Both the position numbers and the translations under genes were made by a program. A DNA stretch of 64,000 nt from positions 4,608,001-4,672,000 of the forward strand of contig OY760937.1 in assembly GCA_963664225.1 (NCBI GenBank). The letters are read 5' to 3'. The stretch is from Verrucomicrobiia bacterium (GTDB taxonomy: Bacteria; Verrucomicrobiota; Verrucomicrobiia; Limisphaerales; UBA1319). Below the pieces are notes generated by a model. That model searched no databases. It saw only the letters and a program-made list of their open reading frames with translations, and was not told the DNA's origin. Below, piece after piece: positions 1-9,094 of this stretch (position 1 is its first letter; each line of letters starts with the position of its first letter).

Positions 1-2
1 AT

Positions 3-710
3 CCGCGCCAGCCGTGGGTTGGCTTGACCGCTTTTGCGCATAAGGGCGGCATGCATGTCAATGCCGTGCAAAAAGTGTCGCGCAGCTTCGAGCATATTGA
101 CCCCTCGGTGGTGGGCAATACGCGTCGGGTCCTGGTGAGCGATCTGGCCGGCCGAAGCAATATTGTCATGAAGGCCCAGGAATTGGGATTCAAGATCGAC
201 AACGACACACCGGAACTGAGGGCGATACTCAATCATGTCAAGGAACTGGAGCACGACGGCTTTGAGTTCGAGGCGGCGGAGGGGTCGCTATATCTTTTGA
301 TCCGCAAAAAGCTTCGCGACACCCAGCCTCGGTTTTCAGTGGAGGCCTACCATGTGTCCATGCGCCGCTCGAATAATCATTCGATCTGCGAGGCGACCAT
401 CAAGGTGAGGGTGGGGGAAGAGACCGCGCATACCGTGGCGGAAGGGGATGGACCAGTGAACGCCTTGGACAGTGCGTTGCGTTCGGCCCTGGTAAAGTTT
501 TATCCCAAATTGCAGCGCATCCAATTGAACGATTATAAGGTGCGCATCCTGGATTCAACCACCGGCACTGCCGCCAAGACGCGCGTCCTGATCGATTCCG
601 GGGACGGCCGCGAGGACTGGGGCACTGTGGGTGTGAGCGGCAATATCATAGAGGCGAGCCTTCAGGCGCTCTGCGACAGCATCGAATATTTTTTAATGAA
701 AGAGGATTAA
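3..710 (+). CDS. cimA: Citramalate synthase (LeuA/CimA family), C-terminal part; 5' end outside window
   Basis: AFAHKGGMH motif, SDLAGRSN, and a LeuA-type regulatory domain (EGDGPVNALD, WGTVGVSGNIIEAS). Confidence 0.85.
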   Translation, partial: PRQPWVGLTAFAHKGGMHVNAVQKVSRSFEHIDPSVVGNTRRVLVSDLAGRSNIVMKAQELGFKIDNDTPELRAILNHVKELEHDGFEFEAAEGSLYLLIRKKLRDTQPRFSVEAYHVSMRRSNNHSICEATIKVRVGEETAHTVAEGDGPVNALDSALRSALVKFYPKLQRIQLNDYKVRILDSTTGTAAKTRVLIDSGDGREDWGTVGVSGNIIEASLQALCDSIEYFLMKED

Positions 711-729
711 CCTCTCCCAAGAGACTTTT

Positions 730-3372
730 ATGTCAGAAATCAGCAAAGCATACGAACCGCAGGCCGTGGAATCCCGCTGGCATCAATTTTGGCTGGATCA
801 GGGTTGTTTCAAGGCAAACGCGCTATCCACAAAACCGGCTTTTTCGATCGTCATACCACCGCCCAACGTCACGGGCATTCTGCATTTGGGGCATGTGCTC
901 AATAACACCATCCAGGACATTCTGGCGCGCAAGGCCCGGATGGAAGGGTGCGAAGTGCTCTGGCTGCCGGGCACCGATCACGCCGGGATCGCCACACAAG
1001 TCGTGGTGGAAAAACGGCTCAAAAAAGATGAGAAACTGAGCCGGCATGACCTGGGCCGTGAGAAATTCATCGAGCGGGTCTGGCAGTGGAAGGAGAAGCA
1101 CGGCGGGATCATCATCGACCAGTTGAAAAAACTGGGCTGCTCCTGCGATTGGTCGCGCGAGCGTTTCACGATGGACGCCGAATATTCCGGCCGCGTTGCG
1201 GAAACCTTTGTCGATCTCTACAACAAAGGGCTGATCTATCGCGGCAAGCGGATGGTCAATTGGTGTCCGGTCTCGCAGACGGCGTTGTCGGACGAAGAGG
1301 TCATCATGAAGCCGCAGAAGGGCGGCCTGTATTATTTCAAGGTCGAAGTGGCCGACGAACCGGGCACATTCCTCACCATTGCCACCACCCGGCCGGAGAC
1401 GATTCCCGGGGATACAGCGGTTGCGGTCAATCCCAAGGATCCGCGTTATGCGCGCTACATTGGCAAAATGGTCATTCGGCCGTTGCCGTGTGAATTACCG
1501 CTGCAACAGAAACTCATCCCAATCATTGGGGACGAGCTGGTCGATTTCACATTCGGAACCGGCGTGTTGAAAGTGACGCCCGCGCATGACAAGACGGACT
1601 TCGAGATTGGTCAACGGCACAAGCTAGGCTTTATCGAAGTGATCAAGGCCGACGGAACGATGGATGAAAAAGCCGGGACCGACCTTGCGGGCATGGAGAG
1701 GTTTGCCGCGCGGAAGAAAGCGAACGAATTGCTGGGTGAGATGGGCCTCTTTGAGAAGGAGGAACCTTATCAAAACAATGTGGGCTACAGCGAGCGAGCG
1801 GATGTTCCCATTGAGCCCCGTTTGTCCGAGCAGTGGTTCCTGAAATATCCGAGCCAGGAAAAGGCGCGGCAGGTGGTGTCGAGCGGGGACCTGCGGTTCT
1901 TCCCGGAACGCTGGTCGAAGGTGTATGACCACTGGCTGGGGAACATTCAGGATTGGTGCATCAGCCGCCAGCTTTGGTGGGGGCATCGCATTCCGGTGTG
2001 GTACCGGGGCAAGGAAATCAAGTGCCAGGTTGCTTCGCCGGGAGCGGATTGGAAGCAGGATACAGACGTGCTGGACACCTGGTTTTCGTCCTGGTTGTGG
2101 CCGTTCGCCACGATGGATGAGGCCACGCGGAAGAAGTTTTATCCCACCTCGGTGCTGGTGACGGCGCCTGAAATTCTTTTCTTCTGGGTCGCGCGAATGA
2201 TCATGGCCGGGTTCGAATACACCGGGCAGAAACCATTCCGTGACGTGTATTTAACGGGCATCGTGCGGGACAAGCAGGGGCGGAAGATGTCCAAGAGCCT
2301 GGGCAATTCCCCGGATCCGTTGGATCTGATCGCGCGGCTTGGAGCGGACGCGCTGCGGTTTGGTGTGATGCGTTCGGCGCCGCTCGGCCAGGACCTGCTG
2401 TTCGACGAACAGCACGTCGAACTGGGCCGCAATTTCTGCAATAAATTGTGGAACGGCTGCCGATTCCGCCAGATGCAAGGCGGGGAAGTGGAAGGGGAGA
2501 TCGATTCCAAGCGGCTCACGAGCGACGATAAATGGATATTGTTGCGGCTGGACCGCGCGATTCGTGAGATTGACACGGCATACGCGGAATACCGCTTCAG
2601 CGAGGTGACATCGGTGCTTTACCGTTTTTTCTGGAACGAGTATTGCGATTGGTACATCGAGGCCTCCAAGGCGGTGTTCAAGAGTGACGATGCGGCGCAG
2701 AAAGCCAATACGCTGGCGGTCATCGACTTCGTGCTCTCGCACATGCTGCGCCTGTTTCATCCATTCCTGCCGTTCATCACAGAGGAACTGTGGCATGGGA
2801 TGGGATATTGCCAGGAACTTCCCGACGACCAGGGCGGACGGACGATCATGTTTGCGCACTGGCCCAAGCCGTTGGACGAAGACTTCAAGGCGCATTATGG
2901 GTTGATCGAAGAGGACGAAAAATCCGTGAACGCCAAATACGAATTGATCTCCCAGGGGCGGAATCTGCGGCGGGAGGGAAATATTCAGTCCGGCAAGAAA
3001 GTCAAATATGTGTTCAAACCGGCGACCCCGATGTCCGAGTATGAAACCGAGGTGTTCAAACTGCTGCTCAATGCGGAGCCGCTGGTCATGGATGCTCAAT
3101 TCGTTCCGGCCAAGGGAACGCCGGCGGTGCGTTCGGAATTGGGCGAGCTTTATCTGCCCCTGGAAGGCTTGATTGACGTGGGCGCGGAGAAGGCGCGTCT
3201 GGCCAAGGCGCTGGAAAAGATCGACCAGGAGATCGAGCGGGCCAACCAGCGGTTGAACAATCCCGCGTTCACACAGAAGGCTCCGCCCGAGGTGCTTGAG
3301 GAGCATCGGAAGCGGTTGACCGAATGGCAGGCCAAACGCCAACAGACACAGACGGCTTTGGAAGCGCTGTAA
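730..3372 (+). CDS. valS: Valine--tRNA ligase
   Basis: PPPNVTGILHLGH (HIGH), KMSKS, DWCISRQLWWGH, C-terminal coiled coil. Confidence 0.98.
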   Translation: MSEISKAYEPQAVESRWHQFWLDQGCFKANALSTKPAFSIVIPPPNVTGILHLGHVLNNTIQDILARKARMEGCEVLWLPGTDHAGIATQVVVEKRLKKDEKLSRHDLGREKFIERVWQWKEKHGGIIIDQLKKLGCSCDWSRERFTMDAEYSGRVAETFVDLYNKGLIYRGKRMVNWCPVSQTALSDEEVIMKPQKGGLYYFKVEVADEPGTFLTIATTRPETIPGDTAVAVNPKDPRYARYIGKMVIRPLPCELPLQQKLIPIIGDELVDFTFGTGVLKVTPAHDKTDFEIGQRHKLGFIEVIKADGTMDEKAGTDLAGMERFAARKKANELLGEMGLFEKEEPYQNNVGYSERADVPIEPRLSEQWFLKYPSQEKARQVVSSGDLRFFPERWSKVYDHWLGNIQDWCISRQLWWGHRIPVWYRGKEIKCQVASPGADWKQDTDVLDTWFSSWLWPFATMDEATRKKFYPTSVLVTAPEILFFWVARMIMAGFEYTGQKPFRDVYLTGIVRDKQGRKMSKSLGNSPDPLDLIARLGADALRFGVMRSAPLGQDLLFDEQHVELGRNFCNKLWNGCRFRQMQGGEVEGEIDSKRLTSDDKWILLRLDRAIREIDTAYAEYRFSEVTSVLYRFFWNEYCDWYIEASKAVFKSDDAAQKANTLAVIDFVLSHMLRLFHPFLPFITEELWHGMGYCQELPDDQGGRTIMFAHWPKPLDEDFKAHYGLIEEDEKSVNAKYELISQGRNLRREGNIQSGKKVKYVFKPATPMSEYETEVFKLLLNAEPLVMDAQFVPAKGTPAVRSELGELYLPLEGLIDVGAEKARLAKALEKIDQEIERANQRLNNPAFTQKAPPEVLEEHRKRLTEWQAKRQQTQTALEAL

Positions 3373-3509
3373 ACGAAGGCCGACACGGGCAACCCTTTCA
3401 AGGCTGCCCGGGAAATGCCTGGTGAGGCGCCGGAACCATAGCGTGGACCGGCTGGCATGGGGGCCTGGCCTGGCCTGGTCTGGCCTGTGGCAGCGCAAAG
3501 GCGTTTTGT

Positions 3510-3908
3510 ATGTTAAACTACTTTTGGATCGGCGTTGGAAGCGCGATTGGCGGGATGATGCGTTACGGGTTATCCGGTTGGGTGGCGTTGCGCATGGGCC
3601 CCTCGTTTCCCTGGGGCACGCTGGTCGTCAACGTGAGCGGTTCGTTCCTGATCGGGTTCATCGGAGCGATGACGCTACCGCAGGGGCGCATGTGGATCAG
3701 CCCCATGGCCCGTGATTTTCTGATGCTGGGTATTTGCGGCGGTTACACGACGTTTTCATCGTTCAGCCTGCAAACGCTCCATTTGATGAGCGACGGCGAC
3801 TGGCTCAACGCAACACTGAACGTGGCGGGATCCGTTCTGGGCTGCATGGCGGCCGTATGGCTGGGTCACGTGTGCGCGATGAGTTTGAATCAGATGAAGG
3901 GCCAATAA
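3510..3908 (+). CDS. crcB: Fluoride channel Fluc/CrcB
   Basis: GGMMRY, FPWGTLVVNVSGSF, GICGGYTTFSSF motifs. Confidence 0.95.
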   Translation: MLNYFWIGVGSAIGGMMRYGLSGWVALRMGPSFPWGTLVVNVSGSFLIGFIGAMTLPQGRMWISPMARDFLMLGICGGYTTFSSFSLQTLHLMSDGDWLNATLNVAGSVLGCMAAVWLGHVCAMSLNQMKGQ

Positions 3909-4265
3909 ATGAAAATTCCGAAAGAAGCGGTTTTGTTGCGCATCTTCATTGGCGAAAGCGACCGTTGCGGCCATCAGCCTTTGCATGAGGCGATCGTTCT
4001 CAAAGCGCGGGAGCTGCACCTGGCGGGGGCCACGGTGCTGCGTGGCGCGATGGGATTTGGAATCAACAGCCGTTTGCACACCGCTAAGATCCTGCGTTTA
4101 TCCCAGGACCTGCCAGTGATCATTGAGATTGTGGATAGCGAGGAGAAGATTAACTCCTTCCTGCCGATCCTGGATGCAATGATGGGAGGAGGTCTGGTGA
4201 CGATCGAAAAGGTGACGGTGTTGCATTACCGGACCCAACCGGGCGATAACCAGGTGGGCTCGTGA
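3909..4265 (+). CDS. DUF190 (PII-like) protein
   Basis: LLRIFIGESD, AGATVLRGAMGFG, LSQDLPVIIEIVD; typical partner of crcB. Confidence 0.9.
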   Translation: MKIPKEAVLLRIFIGESDRCGHQPLHEAIVLKARELHLAGATVLRGAMGFGINSRLHTAKILRLSQDLPVIIEIVDSEEKINSFLPILDAMMGGGLVTIEKVTVLHYRTQPGDNQVGS

Positions 4266-5068
4266 GAAAATATTGGCACATCGTCAATATTGGGATTCAG
4301 AACACGCTGGTTTATCGCGCCAATTACCTGTTTCGCGGGGTGCTGACCCTGGTGCCGCTGGTGGCGATTTTGTTTTTGTGGGAGGCGGTTTACGCCAGTC
4401 GGGCTACAGGCGGCATGGTGGCCGGTTACGACCTGGCCAAAATGATCTCCTATTACCTCGCGGTGATGGTGGTGGATTCCCTGACGGCGGTGACCGATGA
4501 CGACTGGCAGATCGCCGCGGACATCAAGGATGGCAACATCAGCCAATTTCTGCTCAAGCCGATGGATTACATGGCCTACCGAATCTGCCTGTTCGGAGCG
4601 GGGCGGCTGGTTTATTTCGCGGTTGCCGTGATTCCGATGGCCCTGTTCATACTGTATGAACGTCACTTCATTTATGTGCCGGTTCACGGTGCGACCTGGA
4701 TCTGGTTTGGATTCTCGCTGATCCTGACGGCAATCCTGCAGTTTCTAATTTCCTACACACTGGCGATGCTGGCTTTCTGGCTGCTGGAAATATCGACGCT
4801 GATCTTCATTGTGTTCGCGTTTGAGAATCTTGCCGGGGGGCATTTGTTTCCCCTGGACATCCTGCCACCGCGGCTTGCCCAGATTCTGAATTTCACGCCG
4901 TTTCCCTATCAACTTTTTTTCCCGGTGAGCATTTACCTGGAGCAGGTCAGCGCAACGGCATTGTGGCATGGTCTGGCGATGCAGATCTTATGGGTCACGG
5001 CCATATTTGTTCTCGCCCGGTGGACCTGGCGGCGGGGCATCAAACATTACGAAGCGGTGGGCGGGTAG
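4262..5068 (+). CDS. ABC-2 family permease (DUF990-like)
   Basis: Multi-TM protein with IKDGNISQFLLKP and GHLFPLDILP; GTG start overlaps the previous stop. Confidence 0.85.
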   Translation: MRKYWHIVNIGIQNTLVYRANYLFRGVLTLVPLVAILFLWEAVYASRATGGMVAGYDLAKMISYYLAVMVVDSLTAVTDDDWQIAADIKDGNISQFLLKPMDYMAYRICLFGAGRLVYFAVAVIPMALFILYERHFIYVPVHGATWIWFGFSLILTAILQFLISYTLAMLAFWLLEISTLIFIVFAFENLAGGHLFPLDILPPRLAQILNFTPFPYQLFFPVSIYLEQVSATALWHGLAMQILWVTAIFVLARWTWRRGIKHYEAVGG

Positions 5069-5077
5069 GCTGATTCA

Positions 5078-5932
5078 ATGAATACCAGGAATAAATCAGA
5101 AGATACCGTGGATCCCCGCCCGAGAGGCCCCCAATCCAAACTGCGGCGTTACGCGATCATTTACGCGGCGCTGTGGCGCAATTCCGTGGTGCGGGAGATG
5201 AGTTTTAAGACAAACTTCTTAATGTGGATCGTGGTCGAAATGCTGTGGTTCGTCCTGCAACTCGCGTTTGTGGCGGTGATCTACCAGCATACGGATCAGA
5301 TCGCCACCTGGACGCAGTGGGAAGTCGTGTTGCTGGTGGGAACGAGCCATTTTGTGCAGCAGACATTTGGCGCGCTATTCCTGACCAATTGCGCTCAACT
5401 GTCCGAGCACATCCGGACCGGGAAAATGGACTTCATGCTGTTGCTGCCCGTGAATACGCGGTTCCTGATATCGCTGCGCCAGGTCGATTTGGGGGGATTT
5501 GTCAATGCGGTGTCGGCCCTGGTCGTGGTGGGATATGCGGCCCATCAACTGCATCTGGCACCCACACTGGCACAAATGACGGGTTTCGTGCTGCTGTGCG
5601 GCGCGAGCGTGATCATTCACTACTCACTGATGCTGTTGCTTTCGAGCGTGAGCTTCTGGACCATCCGCGCGCAGAGCGTGGTGTGGGGATATTACAATTT
5701 GTTCAACATCGCCCGTTTGCCAGACGCGGCCTTTAACGGTTTGTTCAAGGCGTTTTTCACAATGGTGCTGCCCATGCTGCTTGTGGCCAATGTGCCAACC
5801 AAAGTATTGGTCCAGCGGTTGAGCCAGCCTGGAGAAATGGCTCTGTTACTGCTGATGTGCGCGGTGTGCTTCGTTGTTTCCGAGGTGGGCTGGCGGGTGG
5901 CTTTAAGATATTACACCAGCGCAAGCTCCTGA
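5078..5932 (+). CDS. ABC-2 family permease, second subunit
   Basis: IRTGKMDFMLLLPVN motif; multi-TM. Confidence 0.85.
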   Translation: MNTRNKSEDTVDPRPRGPQSKLRRYAIIYAALWRNSVVREMSFKTNFLMWIVVEMLWFVLQLAFVAVIYQHTDQIATWTQWEVVLLVGTSHFVQQTFGALFLTNCAQLSEHIRTGKMDFMLLLPVNTRFLISLRQVDLGGFVNAVSALVVVGYAAHQLHLAPTLAQMTGFVLLCGASVIIHYSLMLLLSSVSFWTIRAQSVVWGYYNLFNIARLPDAAFNGLFKAFFTMVLPMLLVANVPTKVLVQRLSQPGEMALLLLMCAVCFVVSEVGWRVALRYYTSASS

Positions 5933-5937
5933 GGGTT

Positions 5938-6966
5938 CTATCCTGCATTGGCCTTGTCGAAAACTTCCGGATAAAGCGTTTGGGCGCATTGTGGGCAGAT
6001 GCCGTGGGTAAAATTCACGGACGCATGCTCCTGCAAGTATTCCTCCACCTGGTGCCAGTAGCCCTGATCGTCCCGCACTTTTTTGCAACTCGCGCAGATC
6101 GGCAGCAGGCCGGTAAGGGTTTTGACGTTGGTGATGGTGGCCTTGAGTTGATTGATGAGCATTTCACGCTCCTTTTCAGTCCGTTTGCGATACGTAATAT
6201 CCGCGCAAACGCCAGCCAATCTCACGGGGCGGCCCGTCAAAGTGCGAATGACGCGACCTTTGCATTGGAACCATCTTTCCTCATTGGAAGCGTCTGAGAG
6301 TCTAAATTCCAATTCGATGGGTTCGTCATCGAGTAGATTTTCCAGAGCGGATTGAATGGTATGAGCCAGTGGCAGCCGATCTTCGGGAAACACCATCTGG
6401 AGATACTCCTCATAGGTCATGTTGCAGTTAATGGGATTTCGGCCGATCAGCGCGGAGGCATCGGGGGACCATGTGAGTCGGTCCGTTTCGATCTCCCATT
6501 GCCAGGTTCCCATTTGCGCTGCGGACAGGGCCATGCCCAGTTGCTCCTCTCTCTGTCGGAGGGCCTCCTCGATGCGCCGTTTCTCGCGCCGGATTTCGCA
6601 CTGTTTGATTTCGCGGTCGATCGCCGGGCCCAGACGGGCAAAGTTATCTTTCAGGATCAAATCATGCGCACCTAGTTTCATGATCGAGGCGGCGGCTTCT
6701 TCACCGATGGCTCCTGTGACGATAATGAATGGAATGTCCAGCTTTCGTTCCTGGACCATGGCCAAGGCTTCGAAGGCGGTAAAAAGGGGCATGGAATAAT
6801 CCGCGAGTATGACTGTCCACCTGCAAACATCCAGGGCGGTCGCCAGTTCGACGGGGGTTTCGATGCGTTTATAATCGAAGTTGTATCCCTGGTTGCTGAG
6901 TTGCCGCACCAGCAATAAAACATCTTCATTGGAGTCCTCGAGGATTAGGACGCGCATCGAATTCAT
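5938..6966 (-). CDS. Response regulator: receiver + PAS + Cys-rich C-terminal domain
   Basis: VLILEDS...ILADYSMP receiver; PAS (MGTWQWEI...RWFQCKG); LLPICASCKKVRDDQGYW...THGICPQC tail. Start approximate. Confidence 0.85.
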   Translation of the reverse strand: MNSMRVLILEDSNEDVLLLVRQLSNQGYNFDYKRIETPVELATALDVCRWTVILADYSMPLFTAFEALAMVQERKLDIPFIIVTGAIGEEAAASIMKLGAHDLILKDNFARLGPAIDREIKQCEIRREKRRIEEALRQREEQLGMALSAAQMGTWQWEIETDRLTWSPDASALIGRNPINCNMTYEEYLQMVFPEDRLPLAHTIQSALENLLDDEPIELEFRLSDASNEERWFQCKGRVIRTLTGRPVRLAGVCADITYRKRTEKEREMLINQLKATITNVKTLTGLLPICASCKKVRDDQGYWHQVEEYLQEHASVNFTHGICPQCAQTLYPEVFDKANAG

Positions 6967-7132
6967 AGACAAATCTCCATCACAGTACATGACGTTACTA
7001 GAGGCGCCTACTGGCAGACAATGGCCGGACCCTCCCCTTCTTGATCTACAACCGACTAGTCCCATTAGCTGTGGTTAGCACCAGTACTGACAAACCCAAT
7101 ATAGGCCCTGTCGGGCATTTGTCTAACGCGCA

Positions 7133-7867
7133 TCAAGCCTCTGGACGAGGTGAGCGGCGCAACCCATTCTGGAAAAGCAACCTCCACGTCATCCAAATCG
7201 CTTCCCAAACGATATGACCGGACATCTTCGAGGTTCCTTGAAAGCGATCTGTGAAAACAATGGGCACTTCCGCCACGGTTTGTCCCTTTCGCCAGATCTT
7301 GTGGGTCATCTCGATCTGGAAACTGTAACCATTGGAGCGCACAGCCTTGAGGTCAATGGCTTCCAGGGCGCGCCTGCGGAAGCATTTGAAACCGCCGGTC
7401 GGGTCCGAAAATGGCATCCCAGTGATGACCTGAACATACTTGGCGGCCGCCATGCTCAGCATCAGCCGTTTGAGCGGCCAGTTGATGACCCGAATGCCGT
7501 TCTTGTAGCGGGAACCCAGGACCAGGTCCGCGTTTTGCGCGGCCTTGAGAAAGGCCGGGATATCGTCGGGATTGTGGGAGAAATCGCCATCCATCTCGAA
7601 GATGAATTCATAGCCATGCTTTAATGCCCAATCGAATCCGGCGCAATAAGCGCGACCCAGGCCGCTTTTCTCGGCGCGATGCAACACCTGAAGCTTGGGC
7701 TGGGCGGCGGCTATTTCGTCCGCAAGCTTGCCAGTGCCGTCCGGCGAATTGTCATCCACGATGAGTAGATCGACATCAACTGGCAATCGCAGAACGCGTT
7801 CGACCAGCGCGGGAAGATTGTCCCGTTCGTTATACGTGGGAACGATGACCAGGGCGTCGTGTTGCAT
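7133..7867 (-). CDS. Polyprenol monophosphomannose synthase (GT2)
   Basis: VPTYNE, VDDNSPDGT, EMDGDFSH, SNGYSFQIEM. Confidence 0.9.
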   Translation of the reverse strand: MQHDALVIVPTYNERDNLPALVERVLRLPVDVDLLIVDDNSPDGTGKLADEIAAAQPKLQVLHRAEKSGLGRAYCAGFDWALKHGYEFIFEMDGDFSHNPDDIPAFLKAAQNADLVLGSRYKNGIRVINWPLKRLMLSMAAAKYVQVITGMPFSDPTGGFKCFRRRALEAIDLKAVRSNGYSFQIEMTHKIWRKGQTVAEVPIVFTDRFQGTSKMSGHIVWEAIWMTWRLLFQNGLRRSPRPEA

Positions 7868-7965
7868 GTCGTTGATATTCTGGCTTAACGCATACCAGAG
7901 TTGCGAAAATTAGCAAGAACGCATCCGGACCAAATATTCCGCAGCCCATGGGGCTTCCCGCAGGC

Positions 7966-8931
7966 TCAATCCAGGCCGCTGGCCAGTTTCGCGCGCTGCA
8001 CCACCTTTTGGGCGATGACGCGGGCTTTGGTGGCGCCTTCTTTCAGCACTTGATGGACATAATCCAGGTTGGCGGAAAGCTCGGCGCGTCTGGCGCGGGC
8101 CGGGGCAAAGAAATTCCAATAGTTCTCAAAAAGGGCCTTTTTAAGGTCTCCGTAACCTAATCCACCCGCGCGCAGACGGCTCTCGTAATCGGCGGAAACG
8201 TCGGCGGGGGCCACGAGCTTAAGCAATTGAACCGCCAGGTTTTTGTCCGCGTCAGGCTTGGGTTCGGCGGGGGAGCGGCTGTCCATGACAATGCTCATGA
8301 TTTTTTTGCGTATGGCCTTTTCATCGCCAAAAATATCGACGGCATTCCCATAGCTTTTGCTCATCTTCTGACCGTCCAGGCCGGGCACCACGGCTGTTTC
8401 GTCCCGGATTTCCGGTTCCGGCACGACGAAAGTGTCGCCATATTGCAGATTGAACTTGATGGCGATATCGCGGGTGACCTCGACATGCTGCTTCTGATCC
8501 TTGCCCACAGGGACAATGTTGGAGTCGTAGATCAAAATATCCGCGGCCATCAGCACGGGGTAGGCGAAAAGACCGTGGTAAGGGGAAATACCACGTGCCA
8601 GTTTGTCCTTGTAGCTGTGGCAGCGTTCAAGCAGGCCCATAGGGGTGATGGTGGTCAGAATCCAGGCCAGCTCGGTGACTTCCGGCACGTCCGATTGCTT
8701 GAAGAAGACCGATTTTTGAGGATCCAGCCCGCAAGCCAGGAAATCCAGGGCCACGTCCAGGGAGTTCTGACGGCGTTTGGCGGCGTCGAACAACGAGGTC
8801 ATGGAATGGTAGTTGGCGATGAAATAATAGGCCTCGCCCCGTGTCTGGAGGTCGATGGCCGGCTTCATCATCCCGAAATAATTGCCGAGATGCAAAGTGC
8901 CTGATGGCTGTATGCCCGATAAAATTCGCAT
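7966..8931 (-). CDS. trpS: Tryptophan--tRNA ligase
   Basis: MRILSGIQPSGTLHLGNY, VPVGKDQKQH, KMSKSYGN; true start taken as the ATG at 8931. Confidence 0.97.
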   Translation of the reverse strand: MRILSGIQPSGTLHLGNYFGMMKPAIDLQTRGEAYYFIANYHSMTSLFDAAKRRQNSLDVALDFLACGLDPQKSVFFKQSDVPEVTELAWILTTITPMGLLERCHSYKDKLARGISPYHGLFAYPVLMAADILIYDSNIVPVGKDQKQHVEVTRDIAIKFNLQYGDTFVVPEPEIRDETAVVPGLDGQKMSKSYGNAVDIFGDEKAIRKKIMSIVMDSRSPAEPKPDADKNLAVQLLKLVAPADVSADYESRLRAGGLGYGDLKKALFENYWNFFAPARARRAELSANLDYVHQVLKEGATKARVIAQKVVQRAKLASGLD

Positions 8932-9094
8932 AATCGGATAGGTTAGCCAGTTTGCGGCGCGTTGCAAGAGCGCGAGTAAGGGGTGGCGCGGGACGCTGAT
9001 TGTGATTGCGCGTTGCTGCGGGACATTTTGGATGGCCGGTGACACGATTTTCGTGACTTTGACAATGCGATGAGTTAAGGCACAATGTCTTAGG

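Noticed and set aside
2251..3498. 415-aa minus-strand ORF
   Set aside because: Antisense shadow of valS, typical of high-GC DNA
3373..3509. Fluoride riboswitch upstream of crcB
   Set aside because: No GGxGATGG...CC / GCTxATGA..CCT consensus visible; only a short ctggc tandem run
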